Origin: Octopus bimaculoides
Taxonomy: Eukaryota
Length of the DNA stretch: 64,000 nt
Assembly: GCF_001194135.2 (NCBI RefSeq)
Contig: NC_069006.1
Span: 22,652,277 to 22,716,276 of the forward strand
Direction of reading: 5' to 3'
The translations under genes were made by a program, and so were the position numbers. The notes below the pieces were generated by a model. It made no database searches. It was given only the letters and a program-made list of their open reading frames with translations, and had not been told where the DNA came from. Shown in pieces: positions 22,429 through 33,862 of the stretch; positions within the stretch are counted from its first letter, which is position 1, and each line of letters begins with the position of its first letter.

Positions 22429-24900
22429 CGCACGTTTGTTCTCTCTTCTTAATGCTTCTTACTTTTTCAAGAGATATTAAAGGGATGCGAGATCACCACC
22501 ACACCATCGCAACAACAACAATAATTTCCTTACCTTGAAGGCGGCATATCTAAAACATTATATACAATTAGGGTAAAAATTCTATGTAAACATAGAACGG
22601 TGGTTTATTTTAAACTAAACTCTCGGTCAATTTTCTTCATTTACAATTTTATATGGATAGTGCTTGATACCTTGGGCAAGTGTATTTTACTACAGCCTCG
22701 AGTTGACCAGTACCTTGTGAATATAAATTGTTTGATGGAAGCTTGTCATACATGTGTGTGTGTGTGTGTTTGCATGCATGCGTACGTACGTGCATATGTG
22801 TTTACTTTATAGCAGTTTAAAAATTGCTAGTGTTGTGTCCCTCTTTGTCCCGTAACCTAGCGGTTCCAGAAATGGAGTCCGATAAAATAAGTAATAAATT
22901 TCGATACGATCGACTTGAAGACAGTTCCCCCAGCATGGCTGCAGTCCAGTGGCTGAAATCATTACAAGAATAGCGGTGAGAGTATATAGTCAAATGCAAC
23001 GGGTCCAGTATAATAATTATTATGGTCATTTCGATGCAAGGTGAGAAGCAAACTGAACTCCGGCGCAGTTTATACCCAAAACGTATGGTGGTGGTGGTGG
23101 TGACGACGATGATGATGATGATGATGACCACTCCATTATTTACACGAGGATGAAGTAAACAAGCAAACCAAAGCAAAATGCATGTCACTAATTAATAACA
23201 CAAAGCAATATACTAATTGTAGGGTGTGTCTGCTAAAGCAAAAAAAAAAACAAAACAAAAGAAGTGTAGTAGTAGTAATAATAATATTTTCTACTATAGG
23301 TACAAGACCCGAAATTTGTGGGGGAGGGAACTAGTCAATTACATCGACCCCAGTGTTTCACTGGTACTTAATTCATCAACCTAGAAAGGCGAAGTCGCAA
23401 TAATAATAATAATAATAATGATAAAGTAACAAACTTTATAATATGAACGAAGCGAAATAATGTCTGTTTGTTGCTTTTGTAGCATAAAAAGAAATAACTA
23501 TGAATAAAAGAAGAAATATGAATAAATATGGTGGTGCCCCAGCATGGCCACAGCTCATGAACTGAAACTGTCCCCTTAAACTAGCCTCTAGTGAATCCTG
23601 ATCGATGAGTCTGGGACTGCTTTGTTCCTTATGCTCTCTTTTTATGATGACAGGTATGGTTTAAGGGTGATTTTGACTGCTATTTCTAGCAAACCGAGCG
23701 ACCGGTTATAGGTTTCCTTTTATTGTTATTTAATCCCTATTTGGTTCAAGCAAATCTATGATCAAAACGTTCCAACTGCACTAAGAATTAACTGTTGCTG
23801 CTACTGCACAGTTTTCTGGCTGTTGTGTTCCATACATGAATGTTAGACATCCAAGTTCAAATCAACCTGACTGTGATTAAATTTGTTGTTTTTTTTCATT
23901 CTCTGTTGATGGAGTTGCACAATACAAAAGTCATCATTATCACTACCATCATCTTCCTTCTAATCATCATCATCATCACCACCAACAACAATGCCATCAT
24001 CATCGCCATCACCACTACCATCATTTTCATCGTATGTCCACTTTACATGCTGGTATGGGTTGGGTGGATTGTCAGTTCTTATTGGGAGCCACTACTCTCA
24101 TAGACTGGTGCTCATATATGTCTTTTCTACTTGGTTTCTATGACTGGATGCTCTTGCTGTCACCGACTACTTTGCAGAGTGTACTGGGTGCACCTCTCAT
24201 GTCACCAGCAGTAGAGAAGTTGTCAAGTCTTTGGTGAGGCAGGACTTGAGGAGCAGGGACTTTCTGTCATGACTAGTACAGGAGTGAAGCTACCTACCTT
24301 GTTCACTGTAAGTATTGAGAGTAATGAGGTATTTTATATACTACATATGACTTTAAACTGCATCTATTAGTGGGGCCTTGATTTGGGAGTTCGAAGCTTT
24401 GAGGTGTGTGGAACAACTTCTTAACAACTATTTGTTCCTAGGTCTACTCTGACCTGGAGTTATAGCAAGTGTCAGGGTCCCAGGTGTGGATTTATTAGCA
24501 TGTTGAGGCTTGTTGCTTACTTACGCATGGGGAGACTGGGTCTGGCAGACTCTGCAGAAGAAACCTTCGTGGTTCAACAGAAGCGGAAGACTGCTGTAAC
24601 AATGCATTGTGGGGTATAGAGGGCAAGATGAGGCAAGTAAGACACCCTGGTCATCTACTACATCTGTCTCCATCCCCAGGTGTCTTGACCTGGTCTTGCC
24701 ACTGGACTGAAGATGGTCGTGGACGAGAGAGTGAGGTTTAAACAAAATCACAATGAGGATGACTAGATGGTCCCCATCACCCTGAGGGATGGGCTTGTAT
24801 TTTATATCACAGATTAACCCTGCTCCTCTACAAAATGTCTGCTCAATCAGGCCTGACCTGGGATTGAACTTTAATAACAATATGCATGCACAAATAAATA

Positions 24901-25057
24901 GGTGCAAGAGTGGCTGTGTGGTAAGTAGCTTGCTTACCAACCACATAGTTCTGGGTTCAGTTCCACTGCGTGGCACCTTGAGCAAATGTCTTCTACTATA
25001 GCCCTAGGCCAACCCAAGGCTTGTGAGTGGATTTGGTAGACGGAAACTGAAAGAAGC

Positions 25058-25062
<5 letters not shown>
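24901..25062 (+). mobile_element. tRNA-derived SINE, family C (gtggctgtgtggtaag...ggcaccttgggcaag...ggaaactgaaagaagcc)
   Basis: A/B-box-like head and a CORE-like ccttgagcaa segment; related copies at about 11622, 14170, 34140, 39735, 44400 and 54540. Confidence 0.8.
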
Positions 25063-25088
<26 letters not shown>

Positions 25089-25280
25089 GTATAAGTTTCT
25101 GTGTCTGTGTTTGTTCCCCCTACCATTACTTGCTGGTGTGTTTATGTCCCTGTAACTTATATATATATATATAGAGAGAGAGAGAGATGAGGAGCTGCTG
25201 AAAAGTTCCTGGCTTTGGGTAAAGGAAAATACTAGAGGATCAGATAATTATGAATTTATTAAAATATTCCCCTCTCATAT

Positions 25281-25952
25281 TAATGCATGATTAATTAAAT
25301 GTGAATAAATAGGCATTGCTTTTGATGGAGTCATCTGAATACTAAAGGGTTAAAGTATCTAATCACGGATATATTTTTTTCTACCCCTCTTCCACGCTTA
25401 CCAATCAAATGTTAACTGTGCATCTCAGCACCGTTTGAATTCAAATTCTCATCTTTTTTTCAAATGTTTCTTTTTATATATATATCTATTTCTCAAAAAC
25501 TAACCTATTAAATAATTATACATACTTTTCATCTTTAACCCTTTCGCATTTAAACTAAATATTTTTTTATGTTCAAACTGGCCAGATGTGGCCTCTCACA
25601 CCAACTCTATAATGTCATACTGAAAGTAAACAGTCACATCATTGAAATCTCAAATCTATAAGATAATGCATGATTAATTAAAAACAATATGAATAAATAA
25701 GCATTAACATTTGACAGAATAATCTGCATTCTAAAGGTTTAAACTGGCCATATCTGGTCAAAATATTCTACCTGTTGTATGTTGAAACAGGCCAGATCAG
25801 GCATGTCACACCTACCATACAGTGTCATTCTAAAACATTAACAGTTACCTTATCAAAATCTCATTGATACAAGGTAATGCATGATTAATTCAAAACAATG
25901 GGAATGAACAAGCATTACATTTCACGAGATAATCTGAATGCTGAATGGTTAA
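25281..25952. mobile_element. Tandem array of an about 205-bp TTAA-flanked MITE (TTAACCCTTT...AAAGG(G)TTAA; piggyBac/Crypton-like)
   Basis: Left end ttaaccctttcg at 25535; right ends at 25344-25353, 25733-25742 and about 25945-25952; taatgcatgattaatt is shared by all three units. Confidence 0.6.
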
Positions 25953-26465
25953 TCCTGAAAACATGCATATGCAGTGATGCTGCTGCACTTTAACAAATGC
26001 ATTCATTTGCTATTTTCCGCAGTTGATCTCACCGCTGCCTTGTTACAGCTCCCCATTTTGTAGCGCCTGGGCAACTAGAAGGAGAGGGCAAAAATCTGCA
26101 AAGATTAGGGATGCAGACCCCCACCACCACCACCACCGCACCATCTACCACTGCTCATCTGACTAAACGCATAATAAACAAAACAAATAAAGAATGAACT
26201 GTAATGTCTAATCTGCTATTAACTGTTTTTTTATTCTCTTTCTGCCTTTTTGCTCTTGCAGATTAACCAATTCTGACCATAAACAATAATCTTTGCTTTG
26301 ACTACCCTTTTCTCTAACCATCTACATGCAAAACGACAATGAGTTCTTCTTCACGTAAGTGGCAGCATTTTTAATTTCTTCCCACCATTCGTGTCCTGAT
26401 CTTCTACTGCACCTCTTCATGCTGTAAGGGGGTTATTTTTAGGTGGGGAACAAAATAGATAATGG

Positions 26466-26502
<37 letters not shown>

Positions 26503-26546
26503 ATACATGCACACACACGCTCAAGAAAAAGCATAAATAATAGGCT

Positions 26547-26838
26547 TCACATGTTTCTTTATTTGTGCATCTTTGACTTACAGCTGTTTCTGGCATGCAT
26601 CATTGGTGTGTTGTGTTCATGGTTCCATGTACTCAATCAGATGATTGATTGACTGAAAAATTTGAACAACCTTAACAAATTCTATTCCATGCACAGACTC
26701 TGAGGATGATATTTAAGATCATTCAATTTTTTTCAATCGTACAGTCAACTGATTGACTAATATGGAACCATGAACACCCCTACAATGTATATCAGAAACA
26801 GCAGTAAGACAAAGATGCACAAATAAAGAAATATGTAT
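26547..26838. mobile_element. MITE-like element with about 120-bp diverged inverted arms
   Basis: About 26548-26670 is the approximate reverse complement of about 26720-26836 (tttatttgtgcatctttg / caaagatgcacaaataaag; gtgttcatggttcca / tggaaccatgaacac). Confidence 0.7.
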
Positions 26839-27244
26839 TATTGTGTGTCTGTGTTTGTCCCCCCACCATCGCTTGACAACCGATGTTGGTGTGTTTACGT
26901 CTGCATAACTTAGCAGTTTGGCAAAAGATACTGATAGAATAAGTCCTGAGGTTGATTTGTTTGGCTAAAGGCAGTGCTCCAGCATGGCCACAGTCAAATG
27001 ACTGAAACTGTCTAATACTTGACAGACTGCTTCCATGAACGTCTTCTTGATAGTTTTCACAACACCCCTGGTCTCCTTAAATATGTGGCTTTCAGTTTCT
27101 GAGGCCATTTCTGCCATCCTATCTGTCGTAGGATTAATCCAATGCTCCAAACTCCCTTCGACTGTACAACTTCATGAACAAAGATTTCATTTCAAATTGC
27201 ACTTTTTTGCTCACCGTGTCTGTGTGTCACTGGCACTGGCCACA

Positions 27245-27420
27245 ACTAGGATTTCACTTTGTTTGATGCATCTTCTCAAGCACAACAGATCACCCAAAAG
27301 TCTCAGTCACTTGTCATCGTCTCCGTGAGGCTCAACATCCGAAGATCATATTTCACCACCTTGTCCCAGGTTTTTCTGGGTCTACCTCTTCCACAGATTC
27401 CCTCCACAGTTATAGATTGG
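27245..27420 (-). mobile_element. RTE-like LINE fragment (RT C-terminus)
   Basis: Minus-strand translation GICGRGRPRKTWDKVVKYDLRMLSLTETMTSD; same family as 10040-10140 and 37585. Confidence 0.75.
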
Positions 27421-27618
27421 TAAGAGCTCAAGTGGATTAAATACTGATCGGTAAAGATCAACTGGATTAAATACTGTACACACATGTGCCCCTGTGGGTA
27501 TGTGTTAATAATAATTGAAACATAAGCAGAAGAAAATAGTACATTAGAAATTTAACCAGGAAAAGTTTAATTCTAGACTGTATTTTTAACGAAATACTTT
27601 GTCAATGCTTTTCAATTA

Positions 27619-27810
27619 GTTTTGAAAAATTAATCAAGTATTTGAAGATATTTTAGAAAATATTAATCAGTAATTAATTCTTGGTTAATTTTGAAAAATT
27701 AATCAGGAATTTGAAGATATTTTAGATAATATTAATCAAGAATTAATTTTGAAAAATTTATTCTTGGTTAATTTTGAAAAATTAATCAAGAATTTGAAGA
27801 TATTTTAAAT
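27619..27810. repeat. AT-rich tandem repeat (ttttgaaaaattaatcaag.atttgaagatatttta), 3 units
   Basis: The unit recurs three times at about 70-85-bp spacing immediately before the poly-T/AG acceptor at 27856. Confidence 0.8.
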
Positions 27811-27856
27811 AATAACTATTTTTTTTTTTTTTTTTTTTTTTTTTTTCTGTTTTCAG

Positions 27857-29346
27857 CTGTGGATCATGTTGCATCACCTGTTAGCCTCAGCACTGCCGCC
27901 GGTAGCCAAATTTCATTTGAAAAAGATGGTGAAAATTATAAATGTTCTATATGTGGTAAAGCTTTTGGTTATAAAAATGGTCTTATTCGACATGTACGCC
28001 TCACCCATGATAAAGAACGTCCATTTCAGTGTGACATATGCCACCGTCGATTCGGCTATAAGAATATCTTACTGGAACACCAGAACATTCACTTTGGTAT
28101 TAAGCCTTATGCTTGCAACCTCTGCGACAAGAAATTTGCTGCTCGCTCCAATCTGGTGCAGCATCGTCTGATACACAGGAAGCCGTATTGCTGTCGAATG
28201 TGCAACAGACGATTCGACAAAGAAGTCCAGTTGCAGCGCCATCTGCTCACCTGTCAAGGCGAAGCGTTACAATGCAGTATTTGTAATTACGCAGCTAGCA
28301 ATCAAACATCACTGAATGCGCACATTTTTGAAGCTCATCCGCCTCAATATTATGATACACGAGACAAAAACCGGGTGGATCTTGTGGGTGGAGATAGTAC
28401 GGCAGGTGGTCTGTCGATTGTGTCCACCTGCTCGGCAAACGATAACGGCAGTGGTGGTTCAGGCGTAGACAATGTCCTCCCTTACAACTTGCAGCTGAGC
28501 ACTGAGACAGAATCTATGCGCAAGATAGACAATATCTGCTCACAGCTTGCTAGTCGCAGCAACAGCACGACGCCTTCCAATGACAGTGTTGTCGGAGGAG
28601 CCACTATTAAACAGGAACAGCCTTCACCATCATATGATTCACAACCAGTGTTTCCAGTTGGTATTAGTGTCTCGAGTAACGAGCGCTGTTTTGTAGAAAT
28701 CCAGCAGAAGCAGTACAGTAACAATGGCAACAGCAGCAATGGGAGTTCGAGTGGTGTGACGTCAGAGGCTGCATGCCGTTCGACTGCGTCCAGGCTGGAC
28801 AACACAAGCAATCACCGGAGCAGTAGTCCTCCACATCCAGCTCTTGCGTCGACAACCATTGACGAGATGATGCAGGTGATAGAAGTACCGGCTACTCCTG
28901 ACCAGCCTGTCTCAAATCGGTGCTACACTGTGCCATCACCACGCGACCGTATACCCAGCAACATTGCCGACTCGACGAGCAGCCTGTCAGAGATGCTCTC
29001 CATGCTCCAGAACCTGATCCAGAAGTCCCAGGAGCTGGAGCCATCCTCGTCGGGCGGTTTCTCTGTTGCAATCACACCGAGGAAATCGACAAAGGATGTT
29101 GCAACGCAATTCGCGACCCCAATCGACGGCGTGCCTTTACTGGAAGATACCTTAGCCTACTACATGTCCCAGGGTAAGATTTACAAGTGCAGCCATTGTG
29201 GGATTATTTTTCAGGAGCGAGGCATGTACTTCCTGCACAATTCATTGCATGGAGCGTATAATCCGTGGGAGTGTAGCATATGTCACAAAGTGTGTGCGGA
29301 CAAGAATGATTTCAATCTACATTTTGTTAACCAGCAACATGTATAA
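27857..29346 (+). CDS. Terminal exon of a C2H2 zinc-finger transcription factor with Ikaros/Hunchback-type C-terminal finger pair
   Basis: Long poly-T tract plus CAG acceptor at 27856, open frame to TAA at 29344-29346. Five N-terminal fingers (27937-28338; finger 4 is C2HC), a Ser-rich linker, and a C-terminal pair YKCSHCGIIFQERGMYFLHNSLH-GAYNPWECSICHKVCADKNDFNLHFVNQQH (29182-29343). Confidence 0.92.
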
Positions 29347-29783
29347 AAAAAAAACAAAAAAAATTTTTTTTTTAAATGAGACATGTAAATGGCAAAAACT
29401 GAACCTAAACTGGTACATGTCACACAACAACAACCTTCATGTTTGTATATATTTATTTACCAACTGCAACAGCAAACAAAAAACAATGTGTTTTTATACC
29501 AGAACTGTAAAAGAAAAAAAACTGTAACCAATTGCTAGGTGTGTGTGTATGTGTGTTTGTGCGTGCATACAGTATATATTCATGTGTGTGTGTGTGTGTA
29601 ATTTATGTCTGTGCATGTGTACACATATATGTATGTAAGTGCATTTGTGTGTGTGTATGTATAGAGGTTTGTGCGTTGATAAGTGCCAACGCACGAAACT
29701 CTCACACCTTGAGTCACTCTGTTACTTCTGCTAAATATTAATAAAATATGAAATATATATATATATATATATAGAGATATATA

Positions 29784-29816
<33 letters not shown>

Positions 29817-30176
29817 GTATGCATGTAAAAATAAGATGTTTACAAGTCCTTCTACAGGTCTTGTCTTTTATTTGTCCTGTGTGTGTTTGAATGAATGTAT
29901 GGGTGTATGTGTATATTGTAAGTGTTATGCATGTGGTTATGCATATATATAAATTATATTTAATGTGCGTGCATGCTCACACACATATTCACACAGGAAC
30001 ACACACATACACACATACACGCACACAGATATTGTGGATACTTATTCCAATGTGATGGATCTGTTCTGAGGTTTGACTTTCTGGTAATGAAGATGACGAC
30101 TATGGGTGGCTGTGGACTTCAGGGTGGGAAAAAGGGAAGGGTGGCAGGAAGGCAGAGTATTTGTAATTTAAGTATC

Positions 30177-30220
30177 TCACTGCAACTTGGGGTACAAACC
30201 CGGCCAGCAATCAAACACAA
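30177..30220 (-). CDS. Candidate terminal exon (IVFDCWPGLYPKLQ*) of an unidentified gene convergent with the zinc-finger gene
   Basis: TAG acceptor, TGA stop at 30177-30179; phase 1, compatible with exon 30392-30454. Confidence 0.4.
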
Positions 30221-30391
30221 CTATCAGTGAATTACAAAAAATAAAAAAACCTAATAAAAATGCCTAAACTATCTTGGGACCCTAGACCTGATTTCAGTGC
30301 TGACAACAAAGATATATACTGCAGTGTAGGCCTGTTTGCTTTGTCCAGTGTCATGGGATTCTCATGGGGGATGCGAACACTCGGCACTTAC

Positions 30392-30454
30392 TCCGTCTTG
30401 TGAAACACTTGTTAATGATGCAGTGCTCCTGCTTCTTGCCCCATTTAGCAGTGT
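30392..30454 (-). CDS. Candidate 63-nt exon (TAKWGKKQEHCIINKCFTRR)
   Basis: ttttaatag acceptor, consensus A|GTAAGT donor, no stops, phase 1-1; 171-nt intron to the next exon. Confidence 0.45.
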
Positions 30455-30579
30455 CTATTAAAACTACAGCTTAAAATGGGTGTTCTGGAACAGTGGGAGC
30501 TCATTAGGTAGGGTCTCTTGTTCTGTGGACATGGAGTACACAACATACATACACACATACCACTTGACAGAAATTTCAG

Positions 30580-30617
<38 letters not shown>

Positions 30618-30836
30618 CATGCACATCTATAAAATTACATGCATTTATATATATTGTTATACTTGGGGATGGTCATATTTTGCCTATTAGACACATGCAC
30701 CAATAGTGTATATATGTGATTGGTAAAATATGACCATTTTAAATATAACAATATCTGTTTTAACACATGGTTTCACATTAAAAATCTTGCAAAACAAATA
30801 CATATATATGTGTATATTTGTATGTATGTATGTATA

Positions 30837-31500
30837 CAGGATGGCCCAGAAAAATGCATACATGCATTGAACGGTTAGAAAAATCAACATTCGTTAAAAT
30901 ATATTTCATTTTCAAAATTTAATAGAATCTGCAGACAGTATTCATCTTTTCTATGAATGCTTGTTTTTAAACTGATGTCTGTTGTTGTCCAGGCACTGCT
31001 GATAACACAGAGCAATGGAATTGCAAGCATCAAGGAATCTTTTATTCAGTATTACTGCACATTCTTGTTCAATAGCTTAGCCTCTGTTTGTTGACCGTCT
31101 CCAGTTATGTACCACACACTTTATCTTCTAAGTATCCCCATTCAAAAAGTCTTGTAGTGTGAAGTCCAGTGAATTTGGAGGGTATTCTATTGAACCTCTT
31201 CATCTAATTCCCCCTATTTGGCAAATTCACATCAAGGTAGGCCCTTATATTACTATAGCAGTGTGGGGTGGTGCCCCAGCTTGCTGGAAGGAAAACTGCA
31301 CGTCTTCAAACCCCCTTGAGCGCTTGGCATGACAGATTGTTGCAGCAAGTTCAAGTAAATGGGACCAGTCACAGTACCTTCAAGTTCGAATGGCCCAATT
31401 AATCATTTTGATGATAAACCATACCATACTGGTAAATTAACATGATATTCCTTCATGAAGTCCCTCTAAGCGTGAGGCAGTATTGTATAGTAATGCCCTT
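30837..31500 (-). mobile_element. Decayed Tc1/mariner transposon (probably DD41D/Visitor-like), C-terminal half plus one TIR
   Basis: TA|CAGGATGGCCCAG terminus at 30837. The minus strand encodes disrupted [50 protein letters not shown] and WGYLEDKV motifs with stops and frameshifts. Confidence 0.8.
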
Positions 31501-31510
31501 ATATAAATTA

Positions 31511-31544
<34 letters not shown>

Positions 31545-32118
31545 NNNNNNNNNNTGTGTGTGTGATTGTATGTGTGTGTAAGAGAGTGTGTGCATACAAC
31601 ATACATACATACATATATCCACACACACACACACACACACACACGCAAAATATAATCTATTTGGTTTTTTTTTTTTTTTCAAATAAGGCAATTTGGAATC
31701 CATGTCCATAGCAGAATTTTACCAAACAGCAACACAGGAAAGCAATGTAACAATGTTTATAATTATAGCTCTATTTCTTTTATATAAATTCCTCTTTCTT
31801 TTTCTTCTTTTTAGTCTTCTTTTTCTTGAATATGAATACAATCACCTCCACCGTTGAGCTTGGTTTATATGTGTATGTTTGTTTGTGTGTGTGTGTGTGT
31901 TGTACTGTTCCATTATAGGTGAGATCAACAAAACAAAGTACTTCATCCAGTGGGAGATGAATATCATTTAATATACATTTTGATAACTAACTGGGTTTAC
32001 TGCCTTCACCATTTGATCCCTCATTGCCTCAACCTCACAAGTCAATGAGGCTGCTTAGCCTCATCTCATATACACACACATACATGTATATATGTGTGTG
32101 TATGTATATGTATGTATT

Positions 32119-32149
<31 letters not shown>

Positions 32150-33693
32150 GCATGTATGTGTATGTGTGAATGCATGTACATCATCATTATCATTTTAGGC
32201 CTGTGCTTTTTTTTTTTTTGTCAAATTGAAGTGGATTGGTGGGATTTCTTCCAGCACAATGTCACACTGCATGTTTGGGTCCTGCAGTCCCTTGTTTCTT
32301 TATGAGGTTCAGCATCCTTAAGCCAACCCCCACCTTTTCTCCCCGTATCATTCCACAATGCAGCCTTCTTCCACTTTGATTGCTTGCTCCTGTTTCTTTA
32401 TCCAGCCCCCATCTTCCATACACATCACTCGTCCCCACTGTCTGATTCCTCTCTTATTGTTTCAGCTCATCTCTGCTCCGTGAAGGCGTATGGCCAAGTG
32501 GTTCGGGAATTGCTCTCATAATCACAAGGTCATTGCTTCAATTTCCAGACCAGGTGGTGCATTGAGTTCTTTGAGCAAAAGCTCTTCAATTCATTTTGCT
32601 TCTGTCCACTTATCTGTAAATGGGTAACCCTGTAATGGACTGGTGCCCTATTCAGGGGTGTTTTGGTCCTGGTCACTTATAAGCCATGAAAACCAGGTAG
32701 TCACTAGGGCTCTAAACAATAATGTCCAGCAGAGTTACCATTCTGTTGAGATGCTCTCTGTTTCTTTCAATTAATTTTAAATATAACAAAGAATTTAGTA
32801 AAATAACTTCGTTATCATTAAGCTAGTGTTAGGAACATAAATTGTGACTAAGGTGGAAGATTTTAATTCAGAACTTTTACAAACAAGACATTTGTACTCC
32901 AGAGCCAGAGGCAGTTTCAGGTGAGTTGGTATCAAAAGGGTTGAAGCATTCAGCCAAACATGTTTACTTTGTTTACCGTCATTACCATCCTTGGAGTAGC
33001 AATTGCACAAACCATCAACTTTGGACAGATAAATAAACTCTATTATATATAATAAAAACATATTTCTCATTTGTAAATCCAAACAGTACATCATCCTCCT
33101 CCTCCTCCTCATCATTATCATCATAATTGTTATCATTATTATTATTATTATGTCTGTTTTCCATGCTGACTTCTGTTAGATGTGACTTGATGACACACAT
33201 TTTCTGAGATCCAGACAATACCCTCCTATTATGAAACCTTAACTGTATTCCATATAAGGATTTTTTTCATTCCACCATTCCTCACACGTTGTATATGAAG
33301 ATGCTATAGTTATGCAATTAATGCATGCTGGAGATTATGAACAAAGGCACCGATTGATTATGGTCAGGTGGTGTTAATGAGGACATGTAGAAATGACATT
33401 CACACATGCACACTTTCTTCTCAATGCTTTTTTACTATTTCACTTTCCTGTCTCTTTGTGTTTTGTTCTGTCTACTCTATGTATGTAATTTTGCATGTCA
33501 TTGCTGCTTTCTTTACTTGCCTTGTTGCTGAGTGCACTTGTGTGCTGCAAACAATTAGTTCATATATATATATATATATATATANNNNNNNNNNNNNNNN
33601 NNNNNNNNNNNNNNNNCAGACGTTGTCTCACAAGCAGTTGCGCAGGCAAAAGTATTAGTAAATGTGGTTGGATTGACCTGAAAATTTGCACAC

Positions 33694-33765
33694 CTATGTT
33701 AAAAGTGTTGGGGGAGTTTGCATGGCTCCATTGAAAGGCGTGGCCTCTACTGCAAAATTCCTCAT
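33694..33765 (-). CDS. Candidate 72-nt exon (DEEFCSRGHAFQWSHANSPNTFNI)
   Basis: attttaaag acceptor, G|GTGTGC donor (weak); phase 1-1, joins in frame to 30392-30454. Confidence 0.3.
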   Translation of the reverse strand: MRNFAVEATPFNGAMQTPPTLLT

Positions 33766-33828
33766 CTTTAAAATGTGGCCCGAGTAGACCCGAATGAAAC
33801 CAGGTTATAATAGTAGTACATATGTGTG

Positions 33829-33862
<34 letters not shown>

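Noticed and set aside
24520-24610. Minus-strand segment with a good acceptor and GTAAGT donor
   Set aside because: No neighbouring exons could be linked, and the surrounding sequence looks like a dispersed repeat fragment.
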